A stretch of DNA of 20,241 nucleotides, taken from Deinococcales bacterium. GTDB taxonomy: Bacteria; Deinococcota; Deinococci; Deinococcales; JAAFIG01. How positions within the stretch are numbered: position 1 is the first letter of the stretch; the number at the start of each line of letters is the position of its first letter. The stretch is taken from positions 1-20,241 of the forward strand of contig JAYWGM010000060.1 in the NCBI GenBank assembly GCA_043778225.1. Direction: 5' to 3'. The position numbers and the translations under genes were made by a program. The notes beneath the pieces were generated by a model that was not told the origin of the DNA, made no database searches, and worked only from the letters and a program-made list of their open reading frames with translations. Shown piece after piece: positions 1 to 8,602 of this stretch.

Positions 1-86
1 TCTACTGCACTACTCGCCTTTTGGTAGTGCTGTTGGAGTTCTTCGGCGGTGTGTTGTAGCTCGAGTTTTATTTTTGCTCTACCCAT
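1..86 (-). CDS. 5' part of a CDS running off the window; N-terminus resembles IS630-type winged helix-turn-helix (transposase OrfA-like) proteins
   Basis: Manual translation from ATG at 86 gives MGRAKIKLELQHTAEELQQHYQKASSAV(E/D), matching the recalled 'hs.eEL.qrYr.a...vEr' start of IS630-associated HTH proteins. TAAAAT lies 6 nt upstream. Not in the ORF track. Confidence 0.5.
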   Translation of the reverse strand, partial: MGRAKIKLELQHTAEELQQHYQKASSAV

Positions 87-119
87 TAAACTATTTTAAT
101 AGATTATCCGAGTTTCTTA

Positions 120-971
120 TCATTTCAAAAAACTTGATGCAAACTCAAATCCATCTTTAGCATTGGTCTCGAGCCGACCCCATGCCAAATTTGGGTCGTG
201 CGGCGGACAAATAAGGGCTGCTTCTTCGTGCCAGACTGGAAATAATCTTTTTCGAGTCTCGAGTGTCGTGACTGGGTAAAGGTCGTAACCCATGATGTAC
301 GGGTAAGCCACATGGGCGCTGGTGGGCAGTAAATCGGCGGTGTAAATCAGCACTTGCCCATCCGACTCGAGCCGTACCGCACTCTGCCCAAGGTTATGCC
401 CCGGCACTGGCAAGAGGCTCAGTTCTGGGTAAATCTGAGCCATGCCATCGAAGGTGTCAAACAAATTTGCCTCGATAATCGGTTCAAAATTGTGGCTGTT
501 GTAGCTGGCGCGGTTGCGCTCATGGGTGTGGGTGGCATCGTGCAATTCTTGGCTCGAGACAATGTACCGCGCATTCTTAAAAGTTGGCTCGAGTAAGGGT
601 GTGGTGTTGCGCCCAGCGTGGTCAAAGTGTAAATGGGTATTAATGACTAAATCTATATCGTCTGGCTCGAGTCCGATTTCTCGTAGGCACGAAAAAATTG
701 TTTGGTCGCGGTCTACGGCAAAGATGGAGTCAAACTTTTCACCGCTTTTGTCATCCATGCCAGTTTCGACCAAGATATTTTTGCCGTGCAATTGGATTAA
801 AAGCGGATTGATTCGCAAGGTAATACGGTTTTTTTCGTCGGGTGGGCATTTTTTTTCCCATAGTACCCGTGGCACAGTGCCGAACATTGCGCCGCCATCC
901 AAGGCAAACTTGCCATCGGTCAGCGAATAGACATCGGCAATGCCAATTTTTTGATGTTTAACCCAAGTCAT
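120..971 (-). CDS. MBL-fold metallo-hydrolase, YtnP-like (putative lactonase)
   Basis: LDGGAMFGTVPRVLW, THLHFDHAG (HxHxDH), PGH, ADL.PT.AH and IMGYDLYP motifs. Confidence 0.9.
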   Translation of the reverse strand: MTWVKHQKIGIADVYSLTDGKFALDGGAMFGTVPRVLWEKKCPPDEKNRITLRINPLLIQLHGKNILVETGMDDKSGEKFDSIFAVDRDQTIFSCLREIGLEPDDIDLVINTHLHFDHAGRNTTPLLEPTFKNARYIVSSQELHDATHTHERNRASYNSHNFEPIIEANLFDTFDGMAQIYPELSLLPVPGHNLGQSAVRLESDGQVLIYTADLLPTSAHVAYPYIMGYDLYPVTTLETRKRLFPVWHEEAALICPPHDPNLAWGRLETNAKDGFEFASSFLK

Positions 972-1089
972 GGCAACAGCTTACCCTGTAACGACTTTTC
1001 AAGAAATGCTGACAAGGCTTGAGGCGCTTGGTAATGAGAAGTTTCTTGGCTAACAGTCAACGAAACTTCTTTGGGTGTTAAAATTCGCC

Positions 1090-2097
1090 ATGACAATCAA
1101 TGTGGCAATTCTAGGAGCAGGCAATATCGCAGCGACCCATTACCGAGGTTATGAAAAAGCAGCTGCAAAACTGGTGGGGTTTGTTGAAGTCAATCCCGAA
1201 ATGCGTGCCAAGCGAGAACTCGAGTGGTCAGCCCCCGGTTTTGGCTCGTTAGCAGCGCTACTCGAGACTGTCAAACCCGAGGCGGTGTCGGTGTGTACCC
1301 CCAATGCTTTTCATTTGCCGCTGACGCTCGAGGCAATTAAAAACGGTATCCATGTGCTGTGCGAAAAACCATTGTCGCTGAGTCTAGCCGAATGCCAAAC
1401 CATGATTGATGCAGCCCAGCAGGCGGCAGTGGTACTGCAAACAGGGCATCATTTGCGCTCGAATTGGTATGTCCAAAAAGCCAAACAGATTATTGAGAGC
1501 GGTGAACTCGGTCGGGTCACGTTTGTGCGTTTGCGTCAATCGCACGATTGGGGAGGCTCGGGGCGTGTACCCGAAACCTTTAGCACTTATGCCAAGGCTG
1601 GCGGCGGAACACTTTTAGACAATGGCTGTCATCTGATGGATTTGGCACGCTACTTAGCTGGCGATGTGCAAAGTATCTATGCCCAAATTGCTACCTTGGC
1701 GTATCCTGTCGAAGTCGAAGACTTGGCTTTGGTACACCTCGAGTTTAGCAGTGGTGCGCTTGGTAGTGTCGAGAATTCTTGGTCAAGTGTTGGTTTTGAA
1801 GAGGGCTTTTGGATTTATGGTACGAAAGGCACACTCGAGTGCAATTTTGCAGGAGCGCAACCTCGCCAGTTACTGCACTATCACCGTGCCAGCCAACCTA
1901 GCGAATGGGGCGCACGCGACACCACAACCCATAAAGTCGGCAATGAAGGCGGGCATTTTGCCCAAGTGGCGGCTTTTTTGGAAAGCATTAAAAATAAAAC
2001 GCCAGCCATCTGCACAGGTGCAGATGGGCGCGAAAGTGTCCGCTTGGTTTTAGCGGCTTATCAGAGTGCCAAAGAAAAAAGGATGGTGGTGTTATAA
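1090..2097 (+). CDS. Gfo/Idh/MocA family oxidoreductase
   Basis: ILGAGNIA Rossmann motif, CTPNAFH, HVLCEKP and GGGTLLDNGCH. Start moved from GTG 1075 to ATG 1090 because TGt-TAAAAT (1079-1084) lies 5 nt upstream of it. Confidence 0.92.
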   Translation: MTINVAILGAGNIAATHYRGYEKAAAKLVGFVEVNPEMRAKRELEWSAPGFGSLAALLETVKPEAVSVCTPNAFHLPLTLEAIKNGIHVLCEKPLSLSLAECQTMIDAAQQAAVVLQTGHHLRSNWYVQKAKQIIESGELGRVTFVRLRQSHDWGGSGRVPETFSTYAKAGGGTLLDNGCHLMDLARYLAGDVQSIYAQIATLAYPVEVEDLALVHLEFSSGALGSVENSWSSVGFEEGFWIYGTKGTLECNFAGAQPRQLLHYHRASQPSEWGARDTTTHKVGNEGGHFAQVAAFLESIKNKTPAICTGADGRESVRLVLAAYQSAKEKRMVVL

Positions 2098-3074
2098 AAA
2101 TCCTGATTTTAGGCGGCACTGCCTTTCTTGGTGGGCATTTGGTCAAAGCAGCCTTAGAAAAAAACCACGAGCTGACCCTTTTTCACCGAGGCAATCGCAA
2201 CCCATTTCCAAAGCTCGAGAATATCCTTGGAAACCGCGAAACCGACCTTGGTATATTGGCTGGGCGCACTTGGGATGCCGTGATTGATACCAGTGCCTAT
2301 GTGCCAAGAATTGCAAAAATCAGCGCTCAAGCCTTGGGGGCAAGTGTTGGGCGCTATTGCTTTATCAGCACCATCAGCGTCTACCAAGACGTTACCAAAG
2401 CCCACGACGAAAACGCGCCAGTCGCCACCCTCGAGCAAGATACCGAAGAAGTCAATGGGGTCACTTATGGCGCATTAAAAGTCTTGTGCGAAAACGAAAT
2501 TACCCTCGAGTATGGCAATCGGGCTTTGCTGCTCCGTCCGGGCTTAATTGTTGGCGCACAAGACCCATCGGACAGATTTACTTATTGGGTAGACCGTGTG
2601 GCAAAAGGTGGAACGGTGCTTGCACCGGGTCATCCAAATACGGGGGTGCAATTTATAGACGCACTCTCGTTGGCACGGTTTACAATTCACGCCCTCGAGC
2701 AAAATTTAAGTGGCACATACAACCTCAATGGGCAAGCGACCTCAATGCAGCAAGTTCTCGAGACCATCGGGCGCGTGGTTAGTTCGGATGCAAAGTTTGT
2801 TTGGGCAAACCAAGCCTTTCTCGAGCAGCACAAGGTCAATCCATGGATGGGCGCGGACAGCTTACCGCTTTGGATACCAGATTTAGATGCGACCACCGAT
2901 GGCACAAATACTGCGGCAGCCCTAAAAGCTGGACTCGAGTTTCGCAGCCTTGAAGAGACTGTGCAAGAAGTTTTTGAATGGTCGGCGACTCGAGAAAACC
3001 ACACTTGGCGCAGTGGCATCAGTCAAGAACGCGAAGCAGAACTTTTGGCGTGGCTCGAGAACCCAAGGGTATAA
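2094..3074 (+). CDS. NAD-dependent epimerase / isoflavone-reductase-like extended SDR; probable ATA start
   Basis: The frame upstream of the called TTG (2139) reads (I)KILILGGTAFLGGHLV, the Rossmann motif. Also WDAVIDTSAY, FISTISVY, YGALK (YxxxK), RPGLIVG and LPLW. Confidence 0.88.
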   Translation: MKILILGGTAFLGGHLVKAALEKNHELTLFHRGNRNPFPKLENILGNRETDLGILAGRTWDAVIDTSAYVPRIAKISAQALGASVGRYCFISTISVYQDVTKAHDENAPVATLEQDTEEVNGVTYGALKVLCENEITLEYGNRALLLRPGLIVGAQDPSDRFTYWVDRVAKGGTVLAPGHPNTGVQFIDALSLARFTIHALEQNLSGTYNLNGQATSMQQVLETIGRVVSSDAKFVWANQAFLEQHKVNPWMGADSLPLWIPDLDATTDGTNTAAALKAGLEFRSLEETVQEVFEWSATRENHTWRSGISQEREAELLAWLENPRV

Positions 3075-3078
3075 CAAT

Positions 3079-3103
3079 AAAAAACGCAGCCCCTTTTGGC
3101 TGC
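3079..3103 (-). terminator. Intrinsic terminator downstream of the K+ channel gene
   Basis: Minus strand reads GCAGCC-AAAAGG-GGCTGC followed by GTTTTTT. Confidence 0.6.
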
Positions 3104-3135
3104 TGATAGGTAAGAGTGTATCACCATATTCGATA

Positions 3136-3180
3136 TTCTTGACCTTAAAGCAGCACCTAACGGGCTTAGGTCGCTTCGTC
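3136..3180 (-). repeat. Copy A of a ~45-nt intergenic structured repeat
   Basis: Minus-strand gacgaagcgacctaagcccgttaggtgctgctttaaggtcaagaa matches 20188-20231 (+) at 36 of 45 aligned columns. Confidence 0.7.
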
Positions 3181-3184
3181 AAGT

Positions 3185-4162
3185 TTATGCACTTGAGCCG
3201 TCCAGTGCGGCATTTTTGACTGGCTCGTATTCATGAAGTTTTCTGACATCTATGGCAGCCCCGCCGTATTTATCTTGAATGTACATCTCCGAAAACTTGG
3301 CATTCCAAACAATTTCTTCGGCTTTGTACGAACCCCTTGCGTGGACTTTTTGAAACAAGACATCATCTAAGCCATGAATCACCACCAATAACTCGGCTTG
3401 GCTTTGGTCAAGGTCGGCTTCGTTCATGCCCCACAACGGACTTTCTGGCGTAATCGGATGCACCAGCGTCCATGCCATACTAAAAAAAGCCACTTTGGCA
3501 CGCTCGAGACGCAAATTATAAAAACGCCGCATTCTGCGCCCAGCTACCATTTCAAACCTTGAAAAATTGACTTGGGCTTCGATGTCGATAATTTCGTTAC
3601 GATAACCGTTGGTAATCCGAAACATCAGCCCTAAACCGTCTTGAAATGGCGACACCAGCGCGTTTTTGCTCCACAAAATTCTCGAGACTGGCTTAGAAAA
3701 CCTCGAGAACATCACGCCAGTAATCAAAGCCGCAATCAGTAGACCCAAGAAAGCCTCGATGCTCGAGACCACATGAGCCGCTACGCTGTTTGGCGAGATA
3801 TGCCCATAGCCAATCGTGGACAGCGTTTCGACACTAAAAAAGAAGCCACGCCAAAAGGTGTCTTTGACTTCGTTGGGTGTACCGGCATAGAGCGCATCTG
3901 GACCGCATAGCAGATAAATAAAGGCAAAAACCAGATTGATTAAAATAAAGACAACCGTGACGAGCGTAAAAAACATTGTCCACGACATCGAAACCAGTGC
4001 ATAAAATGGGCTGAGGCTCGAGAACCACCCCAAGCCCACCCGACGGGTATTAAAACTGCCATCTTTGTTGAGAAAGCGGGTGGACTGTTCGGCTTGAACC
4101 CGACCGATGCCAAGGTCATCTGGAATTGGTAGCTGGATTGGCGCTGATTCGGTTGGCGACAT
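3185..4162 (-). CDS. Inward-rectifier potassium channel (KirBac family)
   Basis: FFFSVETLSTIGYG pore/selectivity filter, two TM helices and a cytoplasmic Kir domain (LMFR, WTLVHPITPESPL). Start taken at the second Met (MSPTES) because TATAAT sits 7 nt upstream. Confidence 0.93.
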   Translation of the reverse strand: MSPTESAPIQLPIPDDLGIGRVQAEQSTRFLNKDGSFNTRRVGLGWFSSLSPFYALVSMSWTMFFTLVTVVFILINLVFAFIYLLCGPDALYAGTPNEVKDTFWRGFFFSVETLSTIGYGHISPNSVAAHVVSSIEAFLGLLIAALITGVMFSRFSKPVSRILWSKNALVSPFQDGLGLMFRITNGYRNEIIDIEAQVNFSRFEMVAGRRMRRFYNLRLERAKVAFFSMAWTLVHPITPESPLWGMNEADLDQSQAELLVVIHGLDDVLFQKVHARGSYKAEEIVWNAKFSEMYIQDKYGGAAIDVRKLHEYEPVKNAALDGSSA

Positions 4163-4205
4163 AGGCAGCATTATAAAGAGTAAAAGTCATTTTTTTCTAA
4201 AAAAC

Positions 4206-4445
4206 TTATCGAACTATGGTTTGAAGGCTTCGTTTTTTTCGAGCAGGCTTTTTGAGTTTCATTTCTAATACCCTATCTAAGCTGTCAAATAGTGTCATCG
4301 CTTCATCTTGGTTTATACCTGTTCGCGCAGATATTTCAGAACCTAAAGCAAAAGCAGTTTCCAACAACAAACTTCGTATTTGCAATAGTTCATCTTGTTC
4401 AAAGACGACAACGATAATTTCACCAGATTTTGAAATTCTTTTCAT
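4206..4445 (-). CDS. Small hypothetical protein (79 aa), AT-rich
   Basis: ATG-started ORF filling the gap between two co-oriented genes; no recognisable domain. Confidence 0.6.
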   Translation of the reverse strand: MKRISKSGEIIVVVFEQDELLQIRSLLLETAFALGSEISARTGINQDEAMTLFDSLDRVLEMKLKKPARKKRSLQTIVR

Positions 4446-4464
4446 GGTGTAGGTAAGAATTAAA

Positions 4465-5559
4465 TTAGCGGCTCGGTTGCTCGAGTTGTGCCAGCACTGC
4501 CCCAGTTAAGCCATTGACCGCCACCACCCGTTGGTATTTTGCCCCGCCTGTCACGACGGTGCTGACAAATGGGCTGGTCAGGGCTTGGGTCACCAGTCTG
4601 TCGGGGGCTGGTTCGCTCAGGTTAAAGCGCAGGGTCAGGACACCGTTTTCGACTCGAGTTGAAGACAGGGCAACTCCGTACCCACCTGTTGGTTTTTGCC
4701 CTATAAAAAAGCTAATGGCACTGCTGCGTGTAAAGTCGAGGCTTGGGGCGCTGGGCAACGGAATTTGATTGCCATTGATGATTTGCCATGTCTGGGCAAA
4801 ACTCGAGTTGCTTGTGTCCCAACGCAATAAGGGTTGCGGGTTGTTGTAGGCTGCGTTCGAGCCATTTAGCAGCGAACGAACAGTCAGTGGTTCGGTGTTG
4901 GTAAAACCACCCAATAAATCTAGCGGTAAGCCGACTTGGACATACAGGGCGGTTAAATTTACACGGTCTGGGCGTGGCGTAAGATTGAGGTAAGCATCGG
5001 GGATGTTTGGATACTCGAGCAAGGCGACGGCAAGTGGCTGCTTAAATTTTTCTTGTAAATAACTTTGCAGTGCGTCAGATTCGGCGTTGTTCAGTTCGCC
5101 AACGCCGCGCAGACCCGCATTGCGTTCTTTTATCTCGAGTCGCAACTTAGAATCTTTGGAGAGTTCTTCGCGGCGACCGACATCAAACCATTTTTTACCG
5201 TCAAAGTAATACAGCGCTTGCACCGCATCTCGAGTTAAAACGCTCAGGTCAGCAGTCAATGGAATGGTTGCCACCGACAGCACTTCACGAATTGGCTTTG
5301 GGCGACTTTGTAAAGTTGCAGCACCATTAACGCTGAGTGAATTGGGAACTGCCAATGCGCCAATCAGGGCTGTGCCACTCAGGGTAATGGTGTTATTCTC
5401 GAGTTGTAGCGCCCGAGTTTGCCCCGCCTCGAGTTTGCCATAAAAAATCGTCTGGCGTTCTTGGATACCATACAAAACAATATCGGTGATGGTGTACTCC
5501 GAGGGCTGAAAAGCACAAGCCCCAAGTGCCAAAAGTAAAACGCCAAAAAGAATACGCAT
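4465..5559 (-). CDS. Lipoprotein with C-terminal PrcB (protease complex subunit) domain
   Basis: Signal peptide with lipobox LGAC; C-terminal GQKPTGGYGV...VTQALTSPF is typical of PrcB_C. Confidence 0.8.
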   Translation of the reverse strand: MRILFGVLLLALGACAFQPSEYTITDIVLYGIQERQTIFYGKLEAGQTRALQLENNTITLSGTALIGALAVPNSLSVNGAATLQSRPKPIREVLSVATIPLTADLSVLTRDAVQALYYFDGKKWFDVGRREELSKDSKLRLEIKERNAGLRGVGELNNAESDALQSYLQEKFKQPLAVALLEYPNIPDAYLNLTPRPDRVNLTALYVQVGLPLDLLGGFTNTEPLTVRSLLNGSNAAYNNPQPLLRWDTSNSSFAQTWQIINGNQIPLPSAPSLDFTRSSAISFFIGQKPTGGYGVALSSTRVENGVLTLRFNLSEPAPDRLVTQALTSPFVSTVVTGGAKYQRVVAVNGLTGAVLAQLEQPSR

Positions 5560-5668
5560 AAGGCTATCCTAAGGCTTGGTTGGGCTTTAAGTATGAACAA
5601 AAGCTCAAAATACCCTTAACGGTCTCGAGCAGGGAATCTAACTCATGAATTTGTATTATAATGAAACC

Positions 5669-5953
5669 ATGAAATCATCTGTAAAAACCATTGGTACAGG
5701 CGGGCAGATTTACTTAGGCAAAGAATTTGCTGGGCAACACGTCTTGGTGACACAAACCGAGACAGGTGTTTGGCAAATCAAAACCGCTGATGTGATTCCA
5801 CACAGTCAGCGGTTTTGGCATCAACCCGAAGTGGATAAACTGATGCAGCAGGCATTGGCTGAATCTGCTGGGCGGACGGCTCGAGCCAGCACAGAAGAAG
5901 AAATGGAAGAATTGTTCGCTCGTGCTTTGAAATATGCAGAAGAACGGACATGA
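5669..5953 (+). CDS. AbrB/MazE-like putative antitoxin
   Basis: VKTIGTGGQIYLGKEFAG swapped-hairpin-like N-terminus and acidic helical C-terminus. ATGA overlap with the next gene. Start at 5669 because TATAAT lies 6 nt upstream. Confidence 0.65.
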   Translation: MKSSVKTIGTGGQIYLGKEFAGQHVLVTQTETGVWQIKTADVIPHSQRFWHQPEVDKLMQQALAESAGRTARASTEEEMEELFARALKYAEERT

Positions 5954-6225
5954 TTGAACTGGATATGAACCAAGCCAGTTTCCAAACATCATTTTTCCAA
6001 CTCGAGAAAGCTGAGGTTATCAGTGTTACCAATGCTTGCAAAAAAATTCGTCAGCTAACATGGGAACAATTCTACCAACATTCGGGTTTTAACTGGGAAT
6101 GGATTTCTGGCAAAGAATACTATACTTTTCGTGTGTCTGATAAAATTCGCGTGGCTGCGCTGAGAAAAGGAAATTTGTTGGAGCTACAAAGAATTTTTAC
6201 TGACCATGACAGCGCCTATGCCTAA
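5950..6225 (+). CDS. RelE/ParE-like putative toxin
   Basis: 91 aa with YTFRVSDKIRV and C-terminal DHDSAY, a RelE-superfamily-like pattern; translationally coupled to the upstream small gene. Confidence 0.6.
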   Translation: MIELDMNQASFQTSFFQLEKAEVISVTNACKKIRQLTWEQFYQHSGFNWEWISGKEYYTFRVSDKIRVAALRKGNLLELQRIFTDHDSAYA

Positions 6226-6974
6226 AGTAAACCATAAACCATTCGAGCATTCCGACTGGTGATTTTTTCTATTTCTACAAGCTCGAGTTTGCGTACCATC
6301 GCCAGCGTCTCGAGGGTATGGTGCAGGTACTCTGGGCGGTTTGGTTTACCGCGAAACGGTATCGGCGATAAATAGGGCGCATCGGTCTCGATTAGCAGCC
6401 GATTTTCTGGAACAATAATAGCCGCCTCACGGATTTTCTGGGCGGTTTTATAGGTTAGGTTTCCAGCGAACGAAACATAAAATCCCAGTTCTAAACCCGT
6501 CTCGAGCAATTGGGTATCGCCAGCAAAACAATGCAGAATGCCTTGTGTCCAGCCAGCGTTTTGCAAAATTGCGGCGCAGTCGGCAAAAGCCAGTCGTGAA
6601 TTGTCTTTATCGCGGCAATGAATCACAATTGGCTTTTTAAGCCTTCTGGCTAAATCGAGTTGCCACTCGAGACTTCTGACTTGATTTTGCGGTGTGGCAG
6701 CATCCCAATAATAATCCATGCCACTTTCGCCAATACCGACCACTTTTTGATGCAGGGCTAATTGCTCGAGAACTTCTATCACTTGGCTTGAGACCAGGTT
6801 GGCATCGGTTGGATGCAGACCGACGGTGGCATAGACATTGGGTAGCCGCTCGGCAAGCGCCAGACAACTTTTGGCTCGTTCTGGGTTAAAGCCAATGGCA
6901 ACCAAATACTCGAGTTGGGCGGCGCTCGAGTCTGGGTCTGGCACAGCATCCAAGTGGCAGTGGGTATCAATCAT
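6222..6974 (-). CDS. tatD: TatD family deoxyribonuclease
   Basis: MIDTHCHLD, GLHP, IGESGMDYYW, IHCRD, GILHCF and LIETDAPYL motifs. Confidence 0.95.
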   Translation of the reverse strand: MIDTHCHLDAVPDPDSSAAQLEYLVAIGFNPERAKSCLALAERLPNVYATVGLHPTDANLVSSQVIEVLEQLALHQKVVGIGESGMDYYWDAATPQNQVRSLEWQLDLARRLKKPIVIHCRDKDNSRLAFADCAAILQNAGWTQGILHCFAGDTQLLETGLELGFYVSFAGNLTYKTAQKIREAAIIVPENRLLIETDAPYLSPIPFRGKPNRPEYLHHTLETLAMVRKLELVEIEKITSRNARMVYGLL

Positions 6975-6992
6975 GAATACACGCTCCGCGTC

Positions 6993-7988
6993 TCATGGGC
7001 GCACGGTGATGTCTTGAATATGCTGCCAGTCCGACCAGCCTTTGATGGGTAAAGTGACTTGGACTTGCCACGTTACTTTGTTGTCGGTGGCGCAAAAAGT
7101 CGTGGCTGCACCTTCGGGAATTGGTAGCTCGAGCGCAAACTCGAGTTTCTCGCCGCTTCGCAAGAAGCGCTTTTCAGAGACCAAAACTGGGTGCTGAAAG
7201 ATAGGGACAACATGAGTGCTGCGATTTGTGCCACTGCCAGTCGAATAGGTTTCGCTCTGCACCAGTTTGACTTCGATTTTCTCGAGTTCGAGGTCGGCTT
7301 TAACAATGGTTTCAAAGCGAACCTGAATACTTTGACTTGGCTGGATTTCTAAAGGTTCAATCTCGAGCTTGACCGCCCCGAGTTTGGCTTGGGCAAGGCT
7401 GTTGCGTAAAAGTGTATAGCCGATAAAAACAATCACACCGCCAAAAATCAAACCGACTGGAATAGCAATAAAAATCGGCACTTGCGACAAAATAAAAAAT
7501 AATCCAATCAAAAAAACAAAACAAAAACCAAGACCAACCTGCATTCCAATTTTAGAGCCAACCCCAACGATTTGCGCTCGAACCGTGGGCGCAAGATATG
7601 CTGGTCCAAAGTCCACACTTGCCATGCTTGGCAATGCGCCAAAAATAAAATCGGTTTCGGCTTTGGTTTTACCAAACATTCCGCCAGACTCGGCACGAAC
7701 ATACCAATCCAGATTAGTGTTTGTGCCTCGGTAAGTAAACGGACCATCGGGCATTTCAAAGTTAAATGGCACTTCGGTGATTCCAGCATTCCAGTTTTCG
7801 GCAATTGTGGTTTCGGCTCGAGAGCCATGGTCGCCACTGCCACGCCCATGCGCCCGCCACTCACGAATCAACTGGATTTTGCCGCGTCCACCGTCTGGGT
7901 CGTGAATGCTGACCACACCAAAAACCATATCGCCAGCCAAGTAGACCCCATCAGGGCGGTCAAGTCGAATCTCGAGCTTAAAACTCAT
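6993..7988 (-). CDS. Hypothetical membrane protein with two arrestin/SpoOM-like beta-sandwich segments flanking two TM helices
   Basis: The N-terminal 'LEIRLDRPDGVYLAGDMVFG...PFTYRG...DWYVRA' pattern recurs in the C-terminal half; a central hydrophobic hairpin separates them. Shares an ATGA overlap with the upstream gene. Confidence 0.6.
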   Translation of the reverse strand: MSFKLEIRLDRPDGVYLAGDMVFGVVSIHDPDGGRGKIQLIREWRAHGRGSGDHGSRAETTIAENWNAGITEVPFNFEMPDGPFTYRGTNTNLDWYVRAESGGMFGKTKAETDFIFGALPSMASVDFGPAYLAPTVRAQIVGVGSKIGMQVGLGFCFVFLIGLFFILSQVPIFIAIPVGLIFGGVIVFIGYTLLRNSLAQAKLGAVKLEIEPLEIQPSQSIQVRFETIVKADLELEKIEVKLVQSETYSTGSGTNRSTHVVPIFQHPVLVSEKRFLRSGEKLEFALELPIPEGAATTFCATDNKVTWQVQVTLPIKGWSDWQHIQDITVRP

Positions 7989-8581
7989 GGGTTGCTCCTT
8001 TGCATTGCTTGGTAGTCATCATACAACTCCGATTCAATGCCCCGCAGGTCGTCCCTATATATTTCTAGAAGTTGCTCGAGTCGGGCGATTGCAGGGCGTG
8101 GAATTTCGCCCTCCGAGCGCCGCGCCCACGCAAGCCGTTTTTCGATGATCGCTTGGAGTTTCTCGAGGCTGAGACCAGTTAGGGTTATGAGTTGTACCCG
8201 AAAACCGGCTCGCTCGAGTTCTTGGCGATGATTTTGGTGCGAAGCAATCACCCACGTTTGGGCGCGTTGCCAAATAACAGGGCGTATCAGACGTGGCAAG
8301 CGCTGGGCTTCGTCGAGGAAGATGGTTTTGGCTCGAGGGATGGTTGGCTGCTTGCCAACCTCAGGCAGGTGAATATAGGGCGCATCTGAATACTTTTGGT
8401 GAATCGCCAAAAGATGGGTGGTTTTGCCGCGTCCTTTTTGTCCTAAAAATAAAATTGCGGTTTTAGGCTCGAGCAAAAACTCGGGTATATCCACTGCCAA
8501 GTCTGCCCGCTCCTCGAGTCTGCTTTCAGAAAACGGATTCCAACGCAAATGAAGGCTTAAAAAAGCTCGAGACGCAAGCAC
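7985..8581 (-). CDS. Small P-loop NTPase (AAA+-like)
   Basis: Walker A GQKGRGKT, Walker B IFLDE and N-terminal WNPF. GTG start with TACACT 6 nt upstream. Confidence 0.75.
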   Translation of the reverse strand: MLASRAFLSLHLRWNPFSESRLEERADLAVDIPEFLLEPKTAILFLGQKGRGKTTHLLAIHQKYSDAPYIHLPEVGKQPTIPRAKTIFLDEAQRLPRLIRPVIWQRAQTWVIASHQNHRQELERAGFRVQLITLTGLSLEKLQAIIEKRLAWARRSEGEIPRPAIARLEQLLEIYRDDLRGIESELYDDYQAMQRSNP

Positions 8582-8587
8582 CTATTC

Positions 8588-8597
8588 AGTGTAGACT
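8588..8597. promoter_or_regulatory. Overlapping divergent -10 elements (bidirectional leaderless promoter)
   Basis: AGTGTAGACT gives TACACT on minus (6 nt before GTG 8581) and TAGACT on plus (5 nt before ATG 8603). Confidence 0.65.
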
Positions 8598-8602
8598 AAG
8601 AC

